Assembly (NCBI GenBank): GCA_947479755.1
Contig: CANKAM010000003.1
Location: forward strand, 1 to 32,000
DNA: 32,000 bases
DNA from: Bacteroidota bacterium
GTDB taxonomy: Bacteria; Bacteroidota; Bacteroidia; SXHM01
Reading direction: 5' to 3'
Below are positions 23,929-32,000 of this stretch, piece by piece. The notes under the pieces are model-generated. The model saw only the letters and a list, made by a program, of their open reading frames with translations. It was not told where the DNA came from and searched no databases. The position numbers and the translations under genes are program-made. Each line of letters starts with the position of its first letter. Position 1 is the stretch's first letter.

Positions 23929-26900
23929 ATGAATAAATTTTTACCAATGAAAAATTCAATTACCCTTCTTCTTGCATCATGTTTCCTTTTCCTTACTACA
24001 GCCCAAGCCCAACTAAGCACACCCTCATGGTCTGTGAAGTTTGAAACATCCAAAGCATTTATTGAAAACAAAGGGCAGTTTGAACAACGTTTAAAAAGTG
24101 TGGATTCAAAAATTCTGTATGCAGTTGACAATGGTTCGGTGCAAATCTATTTCACCCAAAAAGGATTGACCTACAAATTTGACCGCAAAGAGAAAAACAA
24201 AAACCGCAGAGATGGTGACGAAACACAGCCACGCATATTTTTTGAAAGTGATTTGGTGAATATGGTTTGGGAAGACGCAAACCATAATGCCGAATTAGTT
24301 GCCGAAGAACTAAATCCTGATTACTACACCTATGAAATGAAGAAGAATGAAAAGGAGTATTATGACATTCAACGCATTCGCGGTTACAAAAAATTAGTGT
24401 ACAAAAACCTGTATCCAAACATTGATGTTGAGTATGTTTTTCATCCACAGGACGGAATAAAATATGCACTTATTCTGCACCCGGGCGCTGATGTTTCTAA
24501 AGTGAAAATGAAATATGCCGATGGCGAAAAACTGACCTTTACCAATGCAGGTGAAATTTTTATCGACACCAAATTTGGTGATATGGTTGACCATACACCG
24601 CAAACATTTTATGCCGATAACAACAACGCGATTTCTTCGCGTTTTATACGCAACGGAAACACGGTTTCGTTTGAACTGGGAAATTACGACAACACTAAAA
24701 CAATTGTAGTTGATCCCTGGGTGCAAACTCCTGCTTTCGGAAACTCAAACGGAATGTGGGAAGTAGATGTAGATGGTGCCGGCAACGTGTATGCAATAGG
24801 CGGTGACATGCCTATGCAACTGCGCAAGTTTGACCCAACTACAGGTGCAACAACCTGGACTTACAACACCACTTACGATACTGCCAACTACTGGTTGGGT
24901 ACTATGGCAACTGACCTTGCAGGAAACACCTATGTTACTTCCGGTTCAACAGCAAACATCCGTAAAGTAAATACCAGCGGTGGTTTAACCTGGAATGCCA
25001 GTGGTGGTGGTTTAAATGAATACTGGACCATCTCTTTTAATTGCGACCAGACTAAATTAGTAGTGGGAGGAACTACCACCACATTTGGTTTGCCACCAGC
25101 GGGCAACGGAACTATTTTCGACATCAGCACTGCTAACGGAAGCATAATGGCTCAACAAAATGTTGGGGTCAGTCGTCCAAATGGCAGCCCTTTCAATGAT
25201 TTTGAAGAAGTAAGAGCAATGACTTCATCAAAAAATGCACGTTATTATTATCTTACTTTAGATACTATTGGTTCAATTGACCAGAATTTTTCTGCATGTC
25301 CAACAAGTGGACCGATTCTGTTTGAGAAAAACCATACTTTCTCCTTTGGTTACAAATCAGAAGACTACCGCCCCAACAATGGCAACTCAGGAATAAAAGC
25401 TATTAAAGCAAATGCCAATTTTGTTTATACCCATAACGGAGCAGCCGTTCAAAAACGCTCACTTACTACTGGAGCAGTAATAACATCAGCAACTATTCCT
25501 GGGGGACTCAATAATGCAACTAACCTTTTTGGCTTTACTTTTAATCAACCCGGCTGCAATGGACTTGATATTGATGCCAGTGGAAACGTATATGTAGGCT
25601 CAGGAAACGGAGTTGTAAAATACGATGCCAACCTTACACAACTTTCATCATCTGCTACTTCATTTGCAGTTTTTGATGTTGCTGTGAGTACAAACGGTAA
25701 TGTACTTGTTTGCGGTGCAACTGGAGACCAGAATTCTACCTCACGCACAGGCTATGTTCAGTCGTTTGCTATGTCGGCAGCAGCGCCTATAACACTGGAA
25801 TGTTGCGATGCAAACATTTGCTCCGCTGGCCCGTTTTGTTCTGACGACCCTGCTGTTACATTAACCCCTGCTTCTACTTCAGGTACATGGGCCGGGCCGG
25901 GAATTAGCGGAAATGGATTATTCAATCCTGCAACAGCAGGAGTTGGAACGCACACCATTACCAACACACTAGGTTGCGGAAGCGGTGCTGTTGAAATTCA
26001 GGTAATCGCTTGTGTAGCACTTGATATTTGCCTTGAAACCAACGGAACGTTGACAGCCAACACAGGAACAGGTCCTTATACATGGGAAGCAACAGGACAA
26101 ACTCAAGATTGCAGTTTATGCTTTCTTGGTTGTGATTTTCCTCCCGGATGTGCAACAAATACAACAGGTTGGGTAGTGTTTGGTGGAACAGGAGCAACAA
26201 CCACTGCTGCTCCGGCAGGATATCCTGTACGCGTGACTGATAATGTCGGAAACACAGTTACCATCAACAGTTCAGGGTCATTGTCTAGTTGCTCATCAAG
26301 TTGTTCATTAACCTTAGCAACTTCTACCAACCCTGCTACTTGCGGCAATGCAAACGGTTCGGTTTCAGTTACACCAACAGGAACAGGTCCTTATACTTAT
26401 TCATGGTCACCGGGGGGTGCTACAACAGCTTCGGTTTCAAGTCTTGCAGGTGGTAACTATACAGTTACCGTTACAAGCCAGGGAGGCGCTTGCACCGAAA
26501 CAGCTTCGGTTACCGTTACTGAAAGCGGAGGCATAACACTTTCTTCTAATTCAACACAAGCCACCTGCGGAAACAGCAATGGGTCAGCAACGGTTTCTAT
26601 CACAGCCGGAACAGGCCCTTTCACTTACTCATGGTCGCCAAGCGGAGGAACAAATGCTACTGCAAGTAATCTTGCTGCCGGTGATTACACCGTAACTGTT
26701 AACGGAGCAAACAGTTGCTCTTCAACAGCTACGGTTACGGTTTCTTCAACCAATGCTATTACCCTCTCCAACAGCTCAACCAACACCACCTGCGGCAATT
26801 CAAACGGAACAGCATCAACCAGCATTACTGCCGGAACAGGGCCATTTACGTATGTATGGTCGCCAGGAGGAGCTACCACCGCTTCAGTTTCCAGCCTTGC

Positions 26901-28149
26901 TTCAGGAAATTATACCGTTACCGTTACTGGCTCAGGAGGCTGCACGGCTTCGGGTTCGGTTACCATTGGAACCTCAACTGCTGTTTCATTGCTAACTTCG
27001 GCTACCAATGCTAACTGTAATCAGAGCAATGGCTCGGCTACTGTAACACCTTCGGGTGGTTCTGGCAGTTATACCTATTTATGGACACCGGGCAATGTAA
27101 CTTCGGCAACAGCAGGCAGTCTTGCAACAGGGAATTATTCAGTAACCGTAAATGACGGACAAGGTTGCACCGCAACCGCTACAGTTCTGGTGCCACAAAA
27201 CACTTCGCTTACAGGTTCGGCAACAACTACTGAGGTTACCTGCGGTCAAACCAACAACGGAACGATTGATCTCAGTGTAAGTGGCGGATCACCTAACTAC
27301 ACTTATTCATGGTCACCGAGCGGAGCAACAACGCAAGACCTAAGCGGAGTTATAGCAGGTGATTACACTGTTACCGTTACCGATAACAGCGGTTGCCAGT
27401 TCATTACTACTTATACTGTTGCTTCTGAAAATACAATGGTGGTTGATGGCGTTGCAGAACACGAAACCTGCAAAGGCTATCAAGATGGAAGCATTGACCT
27501 TACCGTAACTGGAGCATCGGGTAACGTCACCTATTTATGGACTCCCGGCAACGCCACAACACAAGATCTTTCGGCATTGGGCGAAGGAACCTATTCCGTT
27601 ACGGTTACGGATGCAGGCAATGGTTGCAGCAGCACACTTAGCTTTAATATTCAGGCGGGATATAACTTTCCTGTCAGCATTTCACAAAGCGGTGATACTT
27701 TAACGGCAACCATATCGCCTAACTATCAGTGGTATCATAACGGGGTGCTTATTCCTAACGCAACGAGCCAAACATATATTCTTACAGAAGGCGGTTATTT
27801 CTATTGCATTGTTGGCAGTCAGAACTGCGAGTTTACTTCCAACACTATTGAAACAAGTTGCATCTGTTCCAACGGAATTGAGGATAATTCTTTCTTCCAG
27901 GGCATATCGGTTTTCCCTAACCCTGCCAACGAAGAGTTGAATGTTGTAATTACGTTAACAAGTGCTGAAGCTGCCTCGGTAACACTGATTGATATGACAG
28001 GCCGCAGAATATGGCTGAAAAACGAAAAAGACAAAGCCAACAACTTTGCATGGCAAATACCCGTTCCTGATATTGCAGCCGGAAATTACTTTGTACAAGT
28101 AAACGTTGGCGGACAAACCAAAAACGTGAAGGTGCTGGTTAAGGATTAA
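23929..28149 (+). CDS. T9SS-secreted surface protein: SBBP-type beta-propeller region, Cys-rich region, six SprB-type repeats, Por/T9SS C-terminal sorting domain
   Basis: Signal peptide ...LLLASCFLFLTTAQAQ. Propeller-like motifs DVDGAGNVYAIGG, TDLAGNTYVTSG and DIDASGNVYVGSG. Repeats of the form CGNSNGSATVS..GTGPFTYSWSPGG...GDYTVTVT..GC. C-terminus GISVFPNPANEELNV...GNYFVQVNVGGQTKNVKVLVKD. Confidence 0.9.
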   Translation: MNKFLPMKNSITLLLASCFLFLTTAQAQLSTPSWSVKFETSKAFIENKGQFEQRLKSVDSKILYAVDNGSVQIYFTQKGLTYKFDRKEKNKNRRDGDETQPRIFFESDLVNMVWEDANHNAELVAEELNPDYYTYEMKKNEKEYYDIQRIRGYKKLVYKNLYPNIDVEYVFHPQDGIKYALILHPGADVSKVKMKYADGEKLTFTNAGEIFIDTKFGDMVDHTPQTFYADNNNAISSRFIRNGNTVSFELGNYDNTKTIVVDPWVQTPAFGNSNGMWEVDVDGAGNVYAIGGDMPMQLRKFDPTTGATTWTYNTTYDTANYWLGTMATDLAGNTYVTSGSTANIRKVNTSGGLTWNASGGGLNEYWTISFNCDQTKLVVGGTTTTFGLPPAGNGTIFDISTANGSIMAQQNVGVSRPNGSPFNDFEEVRAMTSSKNARYYYLTLDTIGSIDQNFSACPTSGPILFEKNHTFSFGYKSEDYRPNNGNSGIKAIKANANFVYTHNGAAVQKRSLTTGAVITSATIPGGLNNATNLFGFTFNQPGCNGLDIDASGNVYVGSGNGVVKYDANLTQLSSSATSFAVFDVAVSTNGNVLVCGATGDQNSTSRTGYVQSFAMSAAAPITLECCDANICSAGPFCSDDPAVTLTPASTSGTWAGPGISGNGLFNPATAGVGTHTITNTLGCGSGAVEIQVIACVALDICLETNGTLTANTGTGPYTWEATGQTQDCSLCFLGCDFPPGCATNTTGWVVFGGTGATTTAAPAGYPVRVTDNVGNTVTINSSGSLSSCSSSCSLTLATSTNPATCGNANGSVSVTPTGTGPYTYSWSPGGATTASVSSLAGGNYTVTVTSQGGACTETASVTVTESGGITLSSNSTQATCGNSNGSATVSITAGTGPFTYSWSPSGGTNATASNLAAGDYTVTVNGANSCSSTATVTVSSTNAITLSNSSTNTTCGNSNGTASTSITAGTGPFTYVWSPGGATTASVSSLASGNYTVTVTGSGGCTASGSVTIGTSTAVSLLTSATNANCNQSNGSATVTPSGGSGSYTYLWTPGNVTSATAGSLATGNYSVTVNDGQGCTATATVLVPQNTSLTGSATTTEVTCGQTNNGTIDLSVSGGSPNYTYSWSPSGATTQDLSGVIAGDYTVTVTDNSGCQFITTYTVASENTMVVDGVAEHETCKGYQDGSIDLTVTGASGNVTYLWTPGNATTQDLSALGEGTYSVTVTDAGNGCSSTLSFNIQAGYNFPVSISQSGDTLTATISPNYQWYHNGVLIPNATSQTYILTEGGYFYCIVGSQNCEFTSNTIETSCICSNGIEDNSFFQGISVFPNPANEELNVVITLTSAEAASVTLIDMTGRRIWLKNEKDKANNFAWQIPVPDIAAGNYFVQVNVGGQTKNVKVLVKD
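26305..27660 (+). repeat. Six tandem coding repeats of ~225 bp (75 aa, SprB-type)
   Basis: The conserved Cys codon is at 26341, 26566, 26791, 27016, 27241 and 27469, giving periods of 225, 225, 225, 225 and 228 nt. Confidence 0.8.
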
Positions 28150-28168
28150 TCAAAAAGTCGAATAGCAT

Positions 28169-28205
28169 TTAAACGCCCTGCAGAAATGTGGGGCGTTTAA
28201 TTTTT
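28169..28205. terminator. Bidirectional intrinsic terminator between convergent genes
   Basis: TTAAACGCCC tgcagaaatgtg GGGCGTTTAA followed by TTTTT, with an A/T run on the other side as well. Confidence 0.7.
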
Positions 28206-30142
28206 CAATAAACCCTTCCTTGTTTGAATATAAACTCAACTTCACCATTACAAAACACTTCAAGGCTTATTCCCTTGGCAGCAGCCCGGGTTTCAAGGTC
28301 GGTTTTCCAGCGCAGGTTTTGCAACATGGAGGTAAGGTAGTTGTAGTTGCGCAGGTCGTTTTCTGCTAACCACTTGGCATCTCCTGTAATCAGTTCTTCT
28401 TTGCTCAGGTTGCGTTCTTTGGCTTTTACGGTGAGGTCCTGCATCCATTGGGGGTTGTTTTTTATTCCTTCTTCGTAAGCTTTTTGTGTCAGCGGAGGTT
28501 TCAGCCATTCAGGCAAAGGAAGTGGTTTGGTTTTTTCAGTTTTTACAATGATGTAATAGTCCGAAAAGGATTGCTTTAGTTCTTGTATTGTTTCCATTTT
28601 TTTAACCACAATATCAGGAACCGTTTGTGCAAACAATGCATTCTGTTTTTCATTGAGAATAAGCACACAGGGCGCATCGGAATACCAGGTTTTAAGCAAT
28701 ACCGAAAAATCATGCTCTTCTTGCACCTTATTAAAGTTGAGGCTCAGATAAAAAGGCAGGCTTGGCGGCTTGTTTTGTCCGTTGGCTATTACTACGCTGC
28801 TTGTTTTATCAGCATGTTCTATGGCGTAATCAGCTACATGTTTCGTGATGTTTTTATAATCCTCCGTTGCGGGAACCAAGACCTGCCACAAACCAAATTG
28901 CAGCAATACAGCCACACTTATCAGCGCAGGTAAAAACCATTTTGTGCGCAACACAAAAAGCGAAACAATACTTGCAGCTAACAACACAACACCAACGGAA
29001 ACAAAGAGAAGTTTAGCTGCTACCGCAGCGCTCATCATAAAAGGAGCAGCAATAATTACGGCAAACAAAACAAAAACAAACAGGTAGTGAATAATCAGCC
29101 ACACCTTATCAGGCAGCTTTCGCTCACTTGCAACTCGCGCAATAAAAAATGCCAGCGGCACATGTGCCGCTACCACATAAGCAGGCAGTTTACTGGGCGA
29201 TAACTCAAAAACTAACCAGCCCGCTACAAACCATGCAGAAAAAAACAAGCCTTCTTTTTTATCCTTAAAAAACTGTGTGAACAATGTCTTAAATGCCTGC
29301 GGCAAAAACAGTAGCCAGGGAATAAAAAACAGAATAATCATTAGCAGGTGCATACCCGGAAAACCGGATTGACCGAACACGCTTCCGCCAACACGTTTCA
29401 GTATGTACCAATCAATCATCCATTGTACAAACTTGCCTTGGTCATATTGCATGGTGGCATATCCCCATGCCAGCAAAGGCAGAAAAGCCAAGGGCAGAAA
29501 AAACCAGGGATGAAACAGAATCAGGTTTCTGCGGTTGGGATGCAACACCAACAACAAGCCACTTAACCCCAACACAAACAAAACAACAGGCGGACCTTTG
29601 GTAAGCAAAGCTAGCGCAAACGAAACCCAGAACACCAACACCCACTTCCACGCCCTCTGCTGAAGAACAAAGTAAAACGAAAACGCACAAGCGGTTGTAA
29701 AGAACAACAACGTTGAATCGGTTACCGAAATTTTACCCAACACAGGAACTAAGAGTGAGGTGCTTAATACAATTACCCAAAGCAATGCAAGCCGCTCGCC
29801 AACTATTTTTTTACCGGCAACAAACACCAACAAACAAGTAAGCAACACAAATAACGCAGACGGAAAACGCACCGCAAATTCATTTACGCCAAACACTTTG
29901 TAGCTGAGAGCTATGTTCCAAAAATGCAAAGGAGGCTTGCGGTGCACCTCACTCCACATGAAGTCAGGTGTTACCCAATTACCTGATTCAATCATCTGCT
30001 TGGCAAAGCCGGCATAAGCCGCTTCGTCCTGGTCGGTAAGGCTGTGGGTGTTGCCTGAGAAAAGTATAAACGCCAGCAGGCAGAAATAAAGAAAGGGGAT
30101 ATAAGGCTTCAGTTGATGATATGTTTCCTTGGCTTGTAACAT
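28205..30142 (-). CDS. ArnT/PMT-like membrane glycosyltransferase (GT39/GT83 type) with a C-terminal soluble domain
   Basis: DEAAYAGFAKQMIESGNWVTPDFMWSEVHRKPPLHFW matches the DExxY...G.W..P......KPPL motif of ArnT/PMT-type transferases. About 12 or more TM segments are followed by ~200 hydrophilic residues. Confidence 0.85.
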   Translation of the reverse strand: MLQAKETYHQLKPYIPFLYFCLLAFILFSGNTHSLTDQDEAAYAGFAKQMIESGNWVTPDFMWSEVHRKPPLHFWNIALSYKVFGVNEFAVRFPSALFVLLTCLLVFVAGKKIVGERLALLWVIVLSTSLLVPVLGKISVTDSTLLFFTTACAFSFYFVLQQRAWKWVLVFWVSFALALLTKGPPVVLFVLGLSGLLLVLHPNRRNLILFHPWFFLPLAFLPLLAWGYATMQYDQGKFVQWMIDWYILKRVGGSVFGQSGFPGMHLLMIILFFIPWLLFLPQAFKTLFTQFFKDKKEGLFFSAWFVAGWLVFELSPSKLPAYVVAAHVPLAFFIARVASERKLPDKVWLIIHYLFVFVLFAVIIAAPFMMSAAVAAKLLFVSVGVVLLAASIVSLFVLRTKWFLPALISVAVLLQFGLWQVLVPATEDYKNITKHVADYAIEHADKTSSVVIANGQNKPPSLPFYLSLNFNKVQEEHDFSVLLKTWYSDAPCVLILNEKQNALFAQTVPDIVVKKMETIQELKQSFSDYYIIVKTEKTKPLPLPEWLKPPLTQKAYEEGIKNNPQWMQDLTVKAKERNLSKEELITGDAKWLAENDLRNYNYLTSMLQNLRWKTDLETRAAAKGISLEVFCNGEVEFIFKQGRVY

Positions 30143-30201
30143 TGAGTGCGCAAGCTACTAAAAGAGATACAATTTTATGACAATTAAACCCCTTGCAATA
30201 C

Positions 30202-30209
30202 TACTTTTG
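30202..30209 (+). promoter_or_regulatory. -7 box candidate for hemA
   Basis: Exact TAnnTTTG (TACTTTTG). It lies inside the ORF-track extension (30193..), which argues that the real start is downstream. Confidence 0.4.
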
Positions 30210-30231
30210 CGGGGCTTTTGAAAAACAGGCT

Positions 30232-31458
30232 TTGAAAAATTTTCGCATACTCGCATTCACACACAAGACCATTGACATCCGTGAGATTGGTCGTTTTCAT
30301 ATTGAAGACGGGCAACTGGAAAAGCGTTTGCTTCCTCTGAAAAAGAAATCGGGCATTTCAGAACTCTTATACCTAAGCACCTGCAACCGTGTAGAGCTGA
30401 TGATGGTGTCGCACGAGAAACCATCACCTGCCTGGCTGCACGATTTCTTCAAACATTTTAATCCTGCGTGGACTAAAAAAGAAATTCATTTCGCTGAAGA
30501 AAAAGTAAAGATCTATGAAGGTGAAGATGCCGTGAAGCATTTGCTCTATGTGGCTTCATCTATTGATTCCTTAGTTGTGGGCGAACGTGAGATTATTACG
30601 CAGGTTCGTAAGGCTTATGAGGTTTGCAGTCAACTGAATTTGTCGGGCGATTTTATTCGTCTTCTGGTGAAGACAACCATTGAAACAGCCAAGAAAATAT
30701 ATTCAGATACACAGATTGCACAACGACCTGTTTCTGTAGTTTCACTGGCTTACCGCAAATTGCAGGAAGCAGGAGTAAAGAAAAATTCAAGATTGTTATT
30801 TATTGGTGCCGGAGAAACCAATACCTCCATTGCGCAATACCTGAAAAAGGAAAATTGGAGTAGTGTTCATGTCTTTAACCGAAGCTTAGAAAACGCAGAA
30901 AAACTTGCCGAACAATTTAAGGGTAAAGCACATTCGTTGGAAAATTTAAAAAAACATAAAATAGGTTTTGATGTGCTTATTTCCTGCACCGCCTCAGCCG
31001 AAACTATTGTTGACAACAAACTGTTCTCAACTCTTATTGCCGGTGAGAAGGGCAAAAAAATAATTGTTGACCTTGCTATTCCTGCTGATGTAGATGCAGC
31101 TGTTGCAGCTTTAAAGAATGTAGATTATATCGGCATCGAAAGCCTGAAAACAATAGCCCGCGAAAACTTAGAACACCGTCAAAAAGAATTAGAGCGTTGT
31201 AAAGAAATTATTGACTCTGCGCTAACTGCATTTAAGAAGACGATGCGCGAGCGCGAAGTGGAGATAGCCATGAAAACACTGCCCGGTTTGCTGAAAGAAA
31301 TACGCGAGAACGCCACCGAAAAAGTATTCAGCAAAGAAGTGGAGAAGTTAGACCCTAAGTCAAAAGAAGTGCTGAAAAAAATTCTCGACTACATGGAAGG
31401 CAAATACATCAGCGTTCCGATGAAGATTACCAAGAATATTTTAGTGAAAGACGAGTAA
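30232..31458 (+). CDS. hemA: Glutamyl-tRNA reductase
   Basis: LSTCNRVELMMV (the HemA catalytic Cys motif), IDSLVVGEREIITQV, and the NAD-binding segment LLFIGAGETNTSIA. There is no in-frame ATG before the catalytic region. The TTG at 30232 (LKNFRILAFTHKT...) is preferred over the TTG at 30193 because of the promoter box. Confidence 0.9.
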   Translation: MKNFRILAFTHKTIDIREIGRFHIEDGQLEKRLLPLKKKSGISELLYLSTCNRVELMMVSHEKPSPAWLHDFFKHFNPAWTKKEIHFAEEKVKIYEGEDAVKHLLYVASSIDSLVVGEREIITQVRKAYEVCSQLNLSGDFIRLLVKTTIETAKKIYSDTQIAQRPVSVVSLAYRKLQEAGVKKNSRLLFIGAGETNTSIAQYLKKENWSSVHVFNRSLENAEKLAEQFKGKAHSLENLKKHKIGFDVLISCTASAETIVDNKLFSTLIAGEKGKKIIVDLAIPADVDAAVAALKNVDYIGIESLKTIARENLEHRQKELERCKEIIDSALTAFKKTMREREVEIAMKTLPGLLKEIRENATEKVFSKEVEKLDPKSKEVLKKILDYMEGKYISVPMKITKNILVKDE

Positions 31459-31461
31459 GTC

Positions 31462-31986
31462 TTACTCCACAATCAACTGAAATCTTGAATTTATTTCAAA
31501 CCACCTGATCCCTGCATTAAGCATATCCACTTCCACAATGTATTCACCCTTTTCCTTAGGCACAAGCACTGTCATTCCCTGAATAGTTGAACCCTTAAGA
31601 AGATCGGTCTCCAGCGGAGTAAACAACCCTTCAAAAACAATCATGTCTCCTTCTTTATCATAAATGTGATAATCCAATCCAATATTAATTGTGTCATTTT
31701 TCATAGAAGGAAAAACGTGACCTGTATTATTTATAAGTTCTATTCTGGTGATGATAAACGTATCCGTTGCTGAATAAATTGTTTCTTGCAACGGCCTTAG
31801 TTCAATCCCCGAAATCTTATCGGGTTGCTTTCCTAAAATTCCTTGATTCGTGTTTATTTTATAGTACGTCCCCGATTTTATTTTGAAATAATCGGAGTTA
31901 AGTTTGTTGGTGCGTGAGCAAAGCCGACACCAATCAGGGCCAAGAAAAAGTTCAGTGTCATTATTGATGCTATCCAAACGCACCAT
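31462..31986 (-). CDS. Hypothetical protein (may extend beyond the window edge)
   Basis: ORF track. The frame stays open from 31987 to 32000, so the ATG at 31986 may not be the true start. No family recognised. Confidence 0.55.
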   Translation of the reverse strand: MVRLDSINNDTELFLGPDWCRLCSRTNKLNSDYFKIKSGTYYKINTNQGILGKQPDKISGIELRPLQETIYSATDTFIITRIELINNTGHVFPSMKNDTINIGLDYHIYDKEGDMIVFEGLFTPLETDLLKGSTIQGMTVLVPKEKGEYIVEVDMLNAGIRWFEINSRFQLIVE

Positions 31987-32000
31987 ATCATTGGTTATAT

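Noticed and set aside
23922-28043. Alternative-frame or antisense ORFs inside the T9SS protein gene (for example 26348..26536, 26715..27014 and 26753..26995 on +, and several on -)
   Set aside because: They arise from the repetitive Gly/Thr/Ser-rich coding repeats. The main frame has a signal peptide, SprB repeats and a T9SS C-terminal domain.
28293-29690. ORFs 28293..28508(-), 28583..28933(+), 29348..29566(+) and 29442..29690(-)
   Set aside because: They are embedded in the ArnT-like membrane protein gene in other frames and have no motifs.
1-32000. rRNA, tRNA, transposase, integrase or prophage genes
   Set aside because: Reading by eye, I found no T-loop-type GGTTCGAATCC context with a cloverleaf. 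I also found no rRNA-like conserved blocks, no DDE or tyrosine-recombinase motifs in any tracked ORF, and no phage structural genes. A tRNAscan/Infernal run would be needed to be certain about small RNAs.

Overview
Bacteroidota-type chromosomal window. Supporting marks: a T9SS C-terminal sorting domain, SprB-type repeats, TAnnTTTG -7 boxes, A-rich leaders without Shine-Dalgarno sequences, and three families of REP-like hairpins. From about 3.9 kb to 32 kb the content looks ordinary: a TPR/class III nucleotide cyclase, a lipoprotein, an OYE flavin oxidoreductase, a GH125-like mannosidase, a TetR-TolC-MFP-RND efflux operon, a membrane protein followed by a TPR + SpoIIE/PP2C phosphatase that is split in two, a DUF4175-like giant coiled-coil protein followed by an RsbW-like kinase, a 1406-aa T9SS-secreted beta-propeller/SprB-repeat protein, an ArnT-like glycosyltransferase, hemA, and one partial ORF. 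The unusual part is the left 3.9 kb. It starts with a visibly AT-rich block carrying an orphan DGQHR (DndB-like, ParB-superfamily) gene. About 1 kb follows with no ORF of 60 aa or more in any frame. That gap holds three separate ordered repeat systems: four direct repeats on a 22-bp register, eight palindromes on a 41-bp register, and four tandem ~90-bp AT-rich promoter-like units. Next comes a 328-aa protein I cannot assign to any family, and a fifth partial repeat unit lies just downstream of it. I cannot assign a function to this locus. The main hypotheses are a maintenance-type or protein-binding DNA array (iteron/centromere-like) linked to the ParB-like protein, a BIME-like REP cluster, or tandem small-RNA/promoter modules. 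Each is stated below with a test. No rRNA, tRNA, CRISPR array or transposase was seen.
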